From Stegostoma tigrinum (taxonomy: Eukaryota): a stretch of 64,000 nt of DNA. The stretch lies in contig NC_081396.1 of the NCBI RefSeq assembly GCF_030684315.1, forward strand, positions 9,601,628 to 9,665,627. The letters run 5' to 3'. The position numbers were made by a program, and so were the translations under genes. Under the pieces are notes generated by a model. It searched no databases. It was not told where the DNA came from and saw only the letters and a program-made list of their open reading frames with translations. Shown here piece after piece: positions 13,926 through 26,352 of the stretch (its first letter is position 1; the number at the start of each line of letters is the position of its first letter).

Positions 13926-14674
13926 CTCACAACATTTTTGTTGAATCATCCATTAATGAGAAAACATCTTTCATTAGCCCAGAGATTTTCATTTATTTAG
14001 TTCTGCATTCTAGCATGTTCTCCTACTGTCACACTCTACAAGCTCTGCTGTCAACGATTTTGCAAATCACAAAGAAACATTAGTACAATCGCAAAAAAAT
14101 AATGTCTTCACAATTTTTGATATTGAGCAAAGATGTCATGACTCGTACTGTTAATCAGCTATCAACTTCCACAATTCTGCTGTGCATTGTGCAGTATTCA
14201 TCAGGCTTGAAAAGGTAATTAGCATGGAACATTTAGAAATTCTGCCTGACACATCAGGTGAACCTCAGTGGATTCATAAGTTTGGCAAGCAGTTTAAATT
14301 AATTAATTGTTATATCCCCGATTAAACCAGAATGCGGGAATTAAAATAAAAGATTAACTGAGTTGTTCGATCAACACAGTTATTTAAGTGTCTTCAGTCC
14401 ATCTCGTTTAAATATGTACAGTTGGCTTCAGCAACAGGAGTCCCTCTTTCGGATGCAACTGGCTATGCGCTCGCAGTTAGATTCTAAATTGAAACTTCAT
14501 GGAAATTACTGATGGTAATGTAGAAAGTCTCTTAAATACTCATGACTTCAGAAATATGCAAAGATTACAAGCTTGAGGGTGGCAGTATCTAGAGGGCAGT
14601 AGAACATTTTCATCATTTGAAAATATGAAAATTTATTATTTATTTTAATGTACGTGACTGAATATCTGAATGCA

Positions 14675-14810
14675 ACAATCGGAAGTGTTGGATGTGAGTT
14701 TGCTCGCTGAGCTGGAAGGTTCGTTTTCAGACGTTTAGTCACCATTCAAGGTAACATCATCAGTAAGCCTCCGACGAAGCGCTGGTGTTATGTCCCGCTT
14801 TCTATTTTTC
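14675..14810 (-). mobile_element. Penelope terminal-repeat remnant, third family, with degenerate hammerhead
   Basis: Minus strand CTGATGA-T-GTTACC-ttgaat-GGTGAC-(T)AAACGTC. Confidence 0.55.
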
Positions 14811-15522
14811 ATATATAAATATTCTATTTATAAATCGGAAATATATTGCTCACGTTGTTCAGCGCCGTGATGACAAATTTAGACATTAGTAAAGTCGTGA
14901 AATACCCGGCAGAAACACATTTTCATCTGTTGCTCATTTTTAAAATGATTCTTCACCACAAACTAGTGAACGAGGAAGTTAGCTTCCAATAACAAATCAA
15001 AGCTGACACTAAATAATCTTAATATAATCAACATGAAAGCGTTTCCACAATGGGATTCCGTTCTGATTATCACAGTCCGTTCAAAATCTCCAAAGTTCAG
15101 GATAAGTGTACAAGATATCAAAAAACACTTTTGAGTTTGAAACATTTCCTACTGAATGGAACTCAGATTGTTGAAATAATCCACCTTAATGATCCTGTGA
15201 GTTACTTTGAATTATTAAGTTTATTAAGTCAATATCACATTTTCAATATGAAAATATTTTTCATTCTCATGGATTCTTACGCTCTGGCTCAACTTTTATT
15301 CTGAAAATGAAGCTACAACGAATCTATTATATTTGAATTGACAGATTGGTCAGATCTATGAGCTGGGAACAAACCTGTTGTACTGTTTGTGTCTGTGCTA
15401 TTGCCGTCAGTGCTGTCAGGGCTTTGAGATCAGGAACCTGCGTGAATGGCTGAAAACCTTTCACTTCTGTCTCCTGCATCTCAGAGACTTTATGCCCTTT
15501 TGCAAAAACACTTTTACCTCAC

Positions 15523-15672
15523 GGGCGGCACAGTGACTCAGTGGCTAGCACTACTGCCTCACAGCACCAGAGGCCCAGGTTTGATTCCAGCCTCAGGCAA
15601 CAGTGTACATGGAGTTTGCACATACTTCCCATGACTGGGTGGGTTCCTTCCGGGTGCTCTGGTTTCCACACT
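15523..15672 (+). mobile_element. HE1-type tRNA-derived SINE (5' part)
   Basis: ggcggcacagtgactcagtggctagcact...ggtttgattcc: Pol III A/B boxes. Confidence 0.75.
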
Positions 15673-17099
15673 GTGGGGACTCTGTGCTCATTCTATAAAA
15701 GACATCTTGACCAGGTGCCAATTTGACCCAAAATGAGATTCCCAGTCAAATTGTAAGAATAATGTGTCGGACTTTTGATTAGTTGTTGGCAGTAATAAAT
15801 CTACTTTGGGGTTGATTGCTTGCTTAAGTAAGATAAAGCTGAGCATTTAATCTGTGACCTGTCATGTTTCGTGGCACAATGTAGAAACCTGAGCTATACT
15901 TGCTATTTGAAAACCTATTGCAGGCTCTTAATATTACGGACAAGGAGCAAAATAAACCTCAAATGTATTCATGCGTTTCAAGCACAGCAGGCCATTTAGT
16001 GCAGAGCAATTAGAAAGGGAGTTACATTCTTGTGATCCACTGACCGCAAATTTACAGCAACACAGCTCCCAGTGTGGCTGGGTTATGTCCAGGGATGAAA
16101 TATTACAGTGACATGGTTCCCATGCAAATTCTATCCTTGTCCTCCTCGGTGCTAGAATTTTTGAATTTTGAAGACATCAAAGAAATCTTGAGTAATTGTT
16201 GAAACGTAACTTTCGTAGCACAGAATTTGCATGGGAGCATTGGTGTTGCAAGGGATTGATGATAATATAGCTGAACGTGAATGAAACAGATGGGCTGAAT
16301 TATGCTCGGTAGTGTCGAGCTCATTCTCCTCGGGTTCTTGTGGTGCAGTGGTAGCCTAGAGAGTCACACAGTGACAGGAGCATAAACAAAGGAGTGAGGT
16401 ATTAAGCCTTAGCCGCTCAGTCTATAAAGGACATTTATCTTGGGACATATTTCTGTCACTATTCTCCAGCTTCAATTCCTTCCTCTCATCCAATTTCACC
16501 CATTCAACTCTACAATACAATCTCACCCATGAGGCCTGGGGACATTTTACAGTCTCGTAATGTATTTGCTGCATCTGCTCATTCTCAGAAAACTTCATAT
16601 CAACAATTCATTTGAATCTTAATGCCGTCCCTTATTTGTGAGTCTGTGTCCAGGCTTAGCGGTTTTGAAATGCTTGATTCTCAATTTGAAAGAACACAAG
16701 AACTAGGAGAACGATAAATAAATCAATCCCTCAAGCCTATCCACTATTTATTGTGATCATGGGTGTCTCATCTCAGCCTCAGTTCTACTTTTCTGCCTCC
16801 TCTTCATAAACTTTCGCTCTGTTGAAAACCTATCTCCACAGATCGACTCAACACCTTGGTGTAAACCATCCTCTGTACTGGTTAACGCCACAGATTCATG
16901 TTGCTTTGAGAGAAATAATTTCCCCGCATCTCTATTTTAATTCTGCTGCATCTTTCCCTAAAACTATGATTTCTCATTCTAGATTGCCACGCAGAAAGAA
17001 ACATCCCTTCCATTTATTCTACCAAGCCCCTTCAGATTCTTGGATTCAATTATATCGATCATCATTTTTAGCTATTATATTCAATAAATATTGATTCCA

Positions 17100-17985
17100 C
17101 TTTTTTCTTTTAAATAGGGGTCCTACGTAATCAACCAAGACGCTTGTAAAAGGTGCCTCAAATGTGTGAGTGAGAACTAAAGGTGCTGGCTTTTATCACT
17201 GCCTGATAGATCTGGCAAAACTCAACCCCGTGTTGATGCAGTCCAGGCCAAAAACAAACAGTCTTTTTGGATTTTGGCTTAAGTTTTCTTTACTCCTAAA
17301 TTATCTCCTTCTGGTATTTCATGTGCGACCCTCAACACCTCCTTTCTATAACACACTAAGAATACAACTTGATGGACTTCTGCCCATTTGTCATCTGCCT
17401 GAGAATGTCATGATTTCCATTTCCTCATCAATACTTTATTTCTAAGGTGGTAACATTCTGGGATACACTCAGGTTCTTCTTCTGTTATGTGTCTCCTTAT
17501 ACAACTGCTTTACGTCTGCATCTTCTTGTTATAATTAAACTAACCTCTTCGAAGTAAAAATATCCAGTTTGGCCTCCGACTGTTCTTGTCTTCTTTGCCT
17601 AACCATTTGATCAAACATTGTTCCTGACAACTGATCGTCAACTTCCCTATCTTTACTCCTTGATTCCTCCTACTGTTTCAACTTGCGTCTTTGTGACATT
17701 GTTACCACACAGTCAGGAAAAATCCCAGGATATACTCCCTGTAACATATCAGTTGTGTCATGTTCCAAAGGCTTCTCCACCACAGTAGGCATCACTGCCA
17801 CACCATCCAGCAATATCATTACCATGGATGAACGATATTTCCAAAACCAAGAATATCTCTATTATTCCCACTACAACTTCACCATTGTTAACCGGACTCT
17901 CCAACATCACCCAGTACAACAGAACATTGCTCTTCTCATCATGAAAGACTGACATGTTCCCATATCACTTAAAATTTTAAATTCT
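17100..17985 (-). mobile_element. Second fragment of a related Gypsy element (protease region to integrase start)
   Basis: Reverse complement resembles 9520-10340 (gtatatcctgggattttt-c-gactgtgtg) and encodes FEAPFTSVLVDYVGPL. Confidence 0.75.
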
Positions 17986-17987
17986 TT

Positions 17988-20180
17988 ACCTGCTCCTCCT
18001 GGTATATACGCGATACACGATGCTGAGGGGGCCGTGGATGGTTCGTTTAGCAATTTGGTCACACCGCAGATTAGGATTGCTGAGGGGAATAGCGAATGAG
18101 TGATCAAAAGGCAGAGGAAGAGCAGGAAGGCAGTGCAGGTGTCCCCTGCGGTCATCTCCCTCCAAAACAGGTATTCCGTTTTGAATACTGTTGGGGGAGA
18201 TAGCTCACCAGAGGAAGGTAGCAGTAGCCAGGTTCATGGCACCATGCCTGCCTCTGCTGTACAGAAGGGCGGGAAAAAGAGTGGAAGGGCGATAGTCATT
18301 GGGGATTCAATTGTAAGGGGAGTAGATAGGCGGTTCTGCGGTCGAAAACAGGACTCCTGAATGGTATGTAGCCTCCCAGGTGCACGGGTCAGGGATGTCT
18401 CCGATCGGCTGCAGAACATTCTGAAGGGGAAGGGCAAACTGCCAGTTGTCGTGGTGCATATAGGCACCAACGATATAGGCAGAAAACGGGATGAGGTCCT
18501 ACATGCAGAATTTAGGGAGTTAGGAGCCAAGTTAAAAAGTAGGACCTCAAAGGTAGTAATCTCAGGATTGCTACCAGTACCAAGTGCTAGTCAGTGCAGA
18601 AATGAAAGAATAGCTAGGATGAATGCGTGGCTTGAGGGGTGGTGTAGGAGGGAGGGGTTCAGATTTTTGGGACATTCGAACCATTTCCAGGGAAGGTGGG
18701 ACTATTACAAATTGGACGGTCTACACCTGAACCGGACTGGGACCAATGTCCTTGGGGGTGCTTTAGCTAATGCTGTGGGGGAGGGTTTAAGCTAGTGTGG
18801 CAGGGGGATGGGAAGCAAATATTGGACAGAAAAGAGGTAGAAACGAAAGCCTGTAGGGAACTAGATAATGGAGTCAGTGTGACTAAAGGGAATAGTAGTC
18901 GGGGAGCAGATGATGAACACAAAGGAACAGGTGGTCTGAGGTGCATTTGTTTTAATGCGAGAAGTGTAGTAGACAAGGCAGATGAGCTTAGGGCTTGGAT
19001 CGGTACCTGGAGGTATGATGTTATTGTTATTACTGAGACTTGGTTGAGGGAAGGACATGACTGGCAACTAGTTGTCCCAGGATATCGGTGCTTCAGGCGG
19101 GATAGAGAGGGAGGTAAAAGGGGTGGAGGAGTTGCAGTAATGGTCAAAGACGATATCACAGCCGCACTGAAGGAGGGTCCCATGGAGGACTCAAGCAGTG
19201 AGGCAATATGGGTAGAATTCAGAAATAGGAAGGATGCAGTAACAATGCTGGGGCTGTGCTACAGGCCTCCCAACAGCGAGCGTGAGATAAAGGTACAAAT
19301 ATGTAAACAGATAATGGAAAGGTGTAGGAGAAACAGGGTGGTGGTGATGGGAGATTTTAATTTTCCCAACATTGACTGGGATTCACTCAGTGTTAGGGGT
19401 CAAGACGGAGCAGAATTTGTAAGGTGTGTCCAGGAGGGTTTTCTATACCAGTATGTATGTCGTTCAACTCGGGAAAGGGCCATACTGGACCTGGTGCTGG
19501 GGAATGAACCCGGCCAGGTGGTTGATATTACAGTAGGGGAAGACTTTGGAAATAGCGACCACAATTCCATAAGTTTTACAAGACGCATGGACAAGGATAG
19601 GAGTGGTCCTAAAGGAAGAGTACTAAACTGGGGGAAGGCCGACTATACCAAGATTCGGCAGGATCTGAGGAATGTAGATTGGGAGAAACTGTTTGATGGT
19701 AAATCCACATTTGATATGTGGGAGGCTTTTAAGGAGAGGTTGATTAGCATGCAGGAGAGACATGTTCCTGTGAACATGAGGAATAGAAAAGGCAAGATTA
19801 GGGAGCCATGGATGACAGGTGAAATTGTGAGACTGTCCAAGAGAAAAAAGGAAGCATAAATGAGGTCTAGGCGACTGAAGACAGATGAAGCTTTGCAAGA
19901 ATATCGGGAATGTAGAGCAAATCTGAAAAAAAGGATTAAGAGGGCTAAGAGAGGACATGAGATATTGCTGGCAAACATGGTTAAGAAAAATCCCAAAGCC
20001 TTTTATTCATATATAAAGAGCAAGAGGGTAACTGGAGAAAGATTGGCCCACTTAAGGACAAAGAAGGGAAGTTATGCACTGAGTCAGAGAAAATGGGTGA
20101 CATTCTTAATGAGTACTTTGCATCGGTATTCACCAAGGAGAGGGACATGACGGATGTTGAGGTTAGGGATAGATGTTTGC
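17988..20180 (+). mobile_element. CR1-clade LINE 5' half: ORF1 SGNH esterase + ORF2 AP endonuclease, truncated before RT
   Basis: ORF1 IVIGDSIVR...PGAR...HIGTND...DGLHLN (stop at 18358); ORF2 CFNARS, ITETWL, RRDR..GGGVA, YRPP, MGDFN, LDL, SDH (18795-19859). Confidence 0.93.
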
Positions 20181-21793
20181 TTAGTCCAGCTCTCACAACA
20201 TATTTACTTTCTTGGCTGGGAGAAGATTGCTCCACACCTCTGTCTGAACCTCACTTCACAAAACCACACCTCATAAAGCTGTAATATCATCACATTGAAG
20301 CGTCCATTTAAATAGTTCAGAATAGTTTCTGTAGCAGTGGTAACAGTTTCTCTGGGACATTGTTTATTGTTCTCCTTTCTCTCTGATTTTCTTTGCATTT
20401 ACAGTTGCAATTCTCCTACTCAAACATTATCCAAACATGTCTTTGACATCTTGTTGCAATAGCTGTTCCTTTGATTTAGCAGTGTGAAGCCTATTTCACT
20501 TTACCTCCCGCTGTCCATTCTAACGGTGTCATTTCATTTTGTTAACTTCCCACCTCTGCCTCTTTCTCTTGTTCACAAACCATTGAAGTGCTAACACAGT
20601 TTTTGTTGTCTGCAGAGGCTGCTGAATGTTTCCAGCACGCACTCTTCGTATGTCAGATGTTAACAACTGGTGTTACTTTTTGCTCGTTTCTCCAATCCCA
20701 GCATTCTGCTTGGCCTTTCATCATTCTTCAACTCATAACATGGGCTGTGATCTGCAATCTGTGCCTGGAGTTGGATTACTGATGGAGCTTCTTTATCAGT
20801 TTAGAGTGGCTTCAAGTATCGCAGTAATTTCAACAGTTTCCTGCTCTCCTCTTATGTTTGCAATGGAAAGAGATCTCCAGGAATGGCAGCAGTCAAAAAA
20901 ACCTTAGTGGTTGGAGAGATATACAAAATGGTAACTCTGAACTAAATGAACATCCACGCAGAAAGAAGGGTACAAATTAAGACCAGCAACTAACTTCTTA
21001 GAGCTTTTTGAGGAGGTGGTGGCGAGAGTTGATGAGAGCGAAGCAATTGATGTGAAGGACATGCACTGGGAGTGGGGCTGTGCTTCCAAGACACCAAAAT
21101 GGCTGCGTGTGCACAGTACTCCCTGCTGGATATTAACCTGAGTCTGGTCTATGGATAAAGCTGAAATGAACGCTCGGCTGGAGGAGATGTAGTATTTCTC
21201 CTCCCAGTAGACTGCCCACCCAAATTTTCTTGTGGAGCTTGGAATTGAAATCCCTTATGTCCCTTTGGATGGAGACAAACATGAGCAACGGTTTGTCATT
21301 CACAAAACTCGGAACGGCATATTTCATCACAGCAATCATTACCCAAATGTTGGAGGGAGAGAACTGTATATCATTACGTTGTGGGCTTAACAGGAGATAT
21401 TCAAATTATCCCTTAGTTTTCCTGCTCCTCTGATGCTGCTTGGCCTGCTGTTTTTCATCCAACTTCACACCTTGTATATCTCAGACTCTCCAACATCTGC
21501 AGTTCCTCCTATCTCTGATACACAAAGTATCCCTGATTGTGGAAGCCTTACGTGATTGCTGGGTTGTGGATGGAGCCCGATTCAATTCAAGGAGAATCAA
21601 CGCAGAAAGGTATTCCCCATATGGGGGCTGCCTTTTCAAACCGTGTGCACAAAGGAATGGGATGGAATGGAATAGGATAGGATGATACACGCGTGCATTC
21701 TCATGAACAATACAGGGAAATGTTTAACAGGTTGCCCAACTGCTACGATGACAGACGTCATACGTAATGAAAACAATGCAAAATTAAGACAAA

Positions 21794-21952
21794 AATAATG
21801 GGAACTGCGGATGCTGGAGAATCCAAGATAACAAACTGTGGCTGGATGAACACAGCAGGCACCTGAAGGGTCTAGGCCCGGAACGTCAGCTTTTGTGCTC
21901 CTCAGATGCTGCTTGGCCTGCTGTGTTCATCCAGCCACAGAGTTTGTTATCT
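21794..21952. mobile_element. Short fold-back Penelope-derived repeat, 14-bp TSD
   Basis: aaaattaagacaaa at 21780-21793 and 21953-21966. Confidence 0.85.
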
Positions 21953-22394
21953 AAAATTAAGACAAAGTTCATTACAGTTGACAGCTCCTGGGCTCGGGGA
22001 AAGTAACGATAGAATACCCTGAAGATGCATTTAGGAGAAGACCACCAATCCTGGGCGACGCTGCCTGCCCGAGCTGCTGGAACATCTGGAAGCTGAAGAC
22101 AAAAAAGACTTCCACATGGCGATGAGGCTGCCACACTGGGCCAAGACCACATTTCTCCTCCTTCACACTCCCGGGTCTAACAGCAGACCTCGGGCTTCAG
22201 CCTACACTGCGGATCAGGGCCAGGGGAGCCAGCCCAGGGCCCTTCTCTCATTCTCTGGGAGACCTCAGGCTCTGGTCGGAGCCGTATTCAATTGGCCCTG
22301 GCGTTGCTACCAGAGGCCTTCCCCTTTACCTGTCACTCTCTGGGTTTGAAAGGAAAGGGAGAAAAATACAAAGAAAAAAGATGTGAAAATAAAT

Positions 22395-22910
22395 GGACGT
22401 GCAGCAGCTAACGAAATACGAATGGATATAAAAGCTTAGCAGGTCTGGCAGTGGCTATGGAGGGAAAGCATAGCAAATATTTTGGGTACAATGGCTCTTC
22501 AGAATTGGTTATATCTGGGAAAAGTTTGGTTCTTACACTGGGAGTGGACGTGGAGATGGAGCTCAGGCAAAGAGAAAAACAATTTGGCACACAAAAGAAG
22601 GGGTAAAGGTCAGCCCAAACGCTAATGGGGACCCTCAATAGGTGACAATGGGTTGTTTGTGGTGACAGACCATGTGATGACAATGCCTGTTCTGTGGGAT
22701 TTGGGATTACGACATGGGGGCAAGTGCTCGTACCTCAAAAGTTACTGATCCCAATGTTGAGGCCAGATGGACACAGAGTTCCCAAGCAGAAAATGAGGTG
22801 TTATTGCTCTTCCAGCTTGAGTGGAGCTTCGCTGGAACTCTGCAGCTATCCAAAGACACAGATGTTGGCCAGGGAGCAGGATGGTGTCTTGAAATGGCAG
22901 GCAAACGTGG
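22395..22910 (-). mobile_element. Decayed Penelope-like 3' fragment
   Basis: Resembles the reverse complement of 54700-55200 (caagctggaagagcaa..cacctcattttctgcttgggaactctg). Confidence 0.6.
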
Positions 22911-23436
22911 ACTGATTCAGAGAACAAGTGACCAAAATGGAGCTTTGTCGACATCAAGATTAAAAGCTGTCAAAACATGAATACATGTACCTGGAGCCAT
23001 TCTGTCCAGCGCCATCTCCTGACATCTGGACCATGTCTACTGACGAAGGAGTGCCTATTCAACCTTAACCCCTCGCTGGTATTTGAGGTACTCCTCCTGA
23101 TTTAATTGCTTTTTCTGATTATATTATCCTGAAAAATATCAACATACTTACTTGTTTTCTTTTAGTAACGGGTAATGAGTTACTGCCCCTAACGAGTTGG
23201 AATCAATGTAACTTCAAAGTTTTTAAAATAGATATTCACGTTATTGATTACTTTTTTTCTCCCTGGTGGAAAACTTATATGCAACGGAGTGAACATTTCC
23301 CTCTTTAACTAAAACCAAGTTCCAGGCATTTAGTCCCAGAGAAAGGAAGAATAAAAACAAACTGAAACAGCCATTCTCACAAACAGATGATAACTGACAA
23401 TGTAACAGAAATATCCAGGCAAAACAAAACTGTGTC

Positions 23437-23705
23437 AGAGATAAAAGGAATTGCAGATGCTGGAGAATCTGAGATAACAATGTGTGGAGCTGGGTAAACA
23501 GAGCAGGCCAAGCAGCATCAGAGGAGCAGGAAGACTGACGTTTCAGGACTTGACCCTTCTTTGGAAATGGACTCTTTCTGAAGAAGCGTCTTGGCCTGAG
23601 ACGTCAGCCTTCTTTCTCCTCTGATGCTGCTTTGCCTGCTGTGCTCATCCAGCTCTACACCTTCTTATCTCAGATTTTCCAGCATCTGCAGTTCCTACTA
23701 TCTTC
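23437..23705. repeat. Fold-back Penelope-derived repeat
   Basis: Two head-to-head copies of the agataa..ggaactgcagatgctggagaatc unit. Confidence 0.8.
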
Positions 23706-24410
23706 GAGAACAATTCTTATCAGGATGTCATTCCTTGTGAGCGAGTGCAGATCCAACGGGAGCAGATCAATGTAGCTGTACTGAACTCCAGTTTTCTAGG
23801 ATGACAGATGGCTAGAATTAATCTGGTGACACAGGAAATTGAGACTGGCTAACCTGACGATGTGGATGCAGAATATAACTTTCTGGAGCAAAAAATAATC
23901 ACTAAATTCACACCCACTAAAGAGAAAAGAAGTCAGGAACAAATGTGAGGGTGCAGGACTGTATGTGATCGTGATGAATGCAACAGTGAGTACTGCAACT
24001 ACCCACATGAAATATAACAACGCACAAATAGAACAATATGCGAATACCTTTGTGGACAGAACATAACTCTATTTCACCATATCTGTATGTAATACGTCCG
24101 CAGACCCACGTATTTAAAATGGATGTCCAGTCTCAGAGAGGTTTAGCGTTGTACCTGATGAGTCATTGCAACAGTCCTACATTTATCAGAAGTGAGGTTG
24201 CATTGATTACATTTTTTCTGAAACTATTTACATTTGTGAGCACACTACGTCATAGTATGATACTGATGCTTTGTACAGACACAAATAGATTGGTCATTGT
24301 ATTTTTGAGAAAATGCACAAGTTTGCTATTCAGTCATCTCTTGGTTTTACAGTTTATTACCATATCAAACCTCATGAAAACAAAAATATTTCCTTACATC
24401 CCACAAAATC

Positions 24411-24505
24411 CAGCAGGCAGCAGATGCACCAATCTTATTGCGAAATTGACTTCTGAAAAATACCCACCTAATTAACTCCATGGGACATGGCATTAGGTAT
24501 AATTA
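24411..24505 (+). promoter_or_regulatory. Putative core promoter of GPCR copy 2
   Basis: CAGATG 24421, TAATTA 24469, TCCATGGGA 24477, TATAATTA 24498, 57 nt before the ATG. Confidence 0.55.
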
Positions 24506-24554
24506 TCACCAACCTTCAGTGAATTACGCAATGTGCTCAGATCTTCTGGCAGAA

Positions 24555-24624
24555 ATGCACGGAATACCAAATGGTCTACTGTTTTCCATCTACTATCCCA
24601 TCATTGCAGTTATTGGGATTCCAG
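24555..24624 (+). CDS. GPR139-like: GPR139-like GPCR copy 2, coding exon 1 (MHGIPNGLLFSIYYPIIAVIGIP, phase-1 donor)
   Basis: 70-nt exon homologous to those at 1925 and 58631; donor G|GTTATG; splices in frame to 26353 restoring GIP-A-NL of TM1. Confidence 0.85.
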
Positions 24625-26352
24625 GTTATGTTTTGTACTTACTTTCTTGATAGTATATTTTCTTTGCTCTAGCTTGTCTGAACTGTCCTCTTACACAAAA
24701 TCATTTCCCACCTTAATACCATTAGTTCATCATTTAGATGAAAGAATCTACCAAATGGTAACAGTTTCTCTGCATGAGGAGCGCAATTTTCTTCTTGAGT
24801 ATAGTTACATAACCACTTTCACAGGGAGCATTTTTCTTATGTTATTAATTTCATCCCTTTTGAGTTGTAATATCTTGTGACACTGCTGTGCCATTGTGTT
24901 ATTTATATTTTCTTTATTTATGACTAACTCCTCAACATGTGTATAAGGTGTGATTTCTATTCCCATTGTTTTTGTATGAAGTTTTCTTCTTCTTATTGCA
25001 GTGCAAAGACATTCCCTATTGTATTACTGCCAACGCTGTTGTAGTCAAGTCATGCAAAGATATTATAGTGTAAATGAAAGTTTACTGAGCCATTGGCGCT
25101 GTTGCTGTTGGCAAATCCTTCATTCGTTCACACAGTGTAACTCGGGTCTCACTGTGTCATTGATAGGGTTACTGTACGTGGTTTATCTTACAATTATCAT
25201 TCTAAAAATATTGCTTTCTTACATGGCTGATACAATTTAAGTAGGTGATTAACAAACAGTTGTCAGCGTATGATGTTGTGTTATTCTCAGAATATTCTGT
25301 GTGAAATACCATAATATTATCGCAGAATCAATGAAGAATTATTGTGTCATTCACTTTGTGAATGCGTGATGTTACAAAAAATGATTTTTTAAAAAGCGAG
25401 GTTGAAGTACTGACAAATTCCTTACTAGATCTGACATATGAATTTTCTGAAGAGACATTATTCAGTATAGGTATGGTTGTAGCTATAAATTCAATCAGCT
25501 CTTGTCATTGACTGTGAAATTGTAACAGTCCATACATTTTAGAGCACGCTACCTTTTCTTCTCAGTCTCTAAGATGCACTGTTTGAATCTACTTCTCCAC
25601 GTTCACAAGATCTGCTGCTAATGGTGTAAGACTGACAACTGTTGAGAGTCAGATTTTCCTCTGCTACCAGTACCTAACAATATGGTACACTCTTACCACC
25701 TTCAGTGCTTTTTCCAAGTTGAGTGAGAAGCCATATCTGGCAGCTTCTCTGAAATGGATGGTGTAATACTTTTATTTCCATAGCGTGAAGTTAATCAAAT
25801 GTACAAGGATTGCACACCAGCGCTGATGAAGATACTTCATTCCTGAATCAGAACACTTCCTCTGTTACTTCTGATGGTTCGAGAGAAGATCCATTTCACT
25901 TTAAAAACTGAGGAGCTCTGAATTGTCAGTGGCCCTGACTGGCATCTACCTTCTGATATCCCTGCTGTGTTGATGGAAAATTTGGTTTGATGTTCATTGT
26001 TTCTCTATTTAAGCATTAATCCAATCAAGTTGACTGATAAGTGCCACAACAGTGATTGGTTGTACAGTAACACATTGGAATGAATCACATTTATTCACAA
26101 TGGCACATAATTTTGGTTAATTACAGTTTCCCAATATATTATTATGCACCTTCACATATTCTATAATTCTTTGTTCATTCAACTTTCCTTGCATATTCAA
26201 TTCGACTGCATTGCCTTGTGTGTTTTTGAAACCATACTGTTTTTGTTCATATCTCATTGGAAATCTCTCCATCTCACTATTGTTATTGTACATAATTTCA
26301 CTCTCTCTCTCTCTCTCTCTCTCACCCCATCCCTGCCTCCTTTTTATTACAG

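Noticed and set aside
15523-15600. tRNA gene
   Set aside because: tRNA-like head continues into the SINE body and recurs many times
16333-16394. GGTTCTTGT and CACAGTG-12-ACAAAGGAG as possible RSSs
   Set aside because: Nonamer only 5/9, upstream spacing wrong, and the sequence looks like a SINE head
25131-25156. CACAGTG-12 nt-CACTGTG, resembling a D segment
   Set aside because: No convincing nonamer at 12 or 23 nt on either side (best 6/9 at a 22-nt spacer on one side); lies in a GPCR intron
26211-26352. N-terminal extension of the 350-aa ORF (likewise 62130-62199)
   Set aside because: Intronic polypyrimidine/(CT)n tract; the true N-terminus comes from the upstream 70-nt exon
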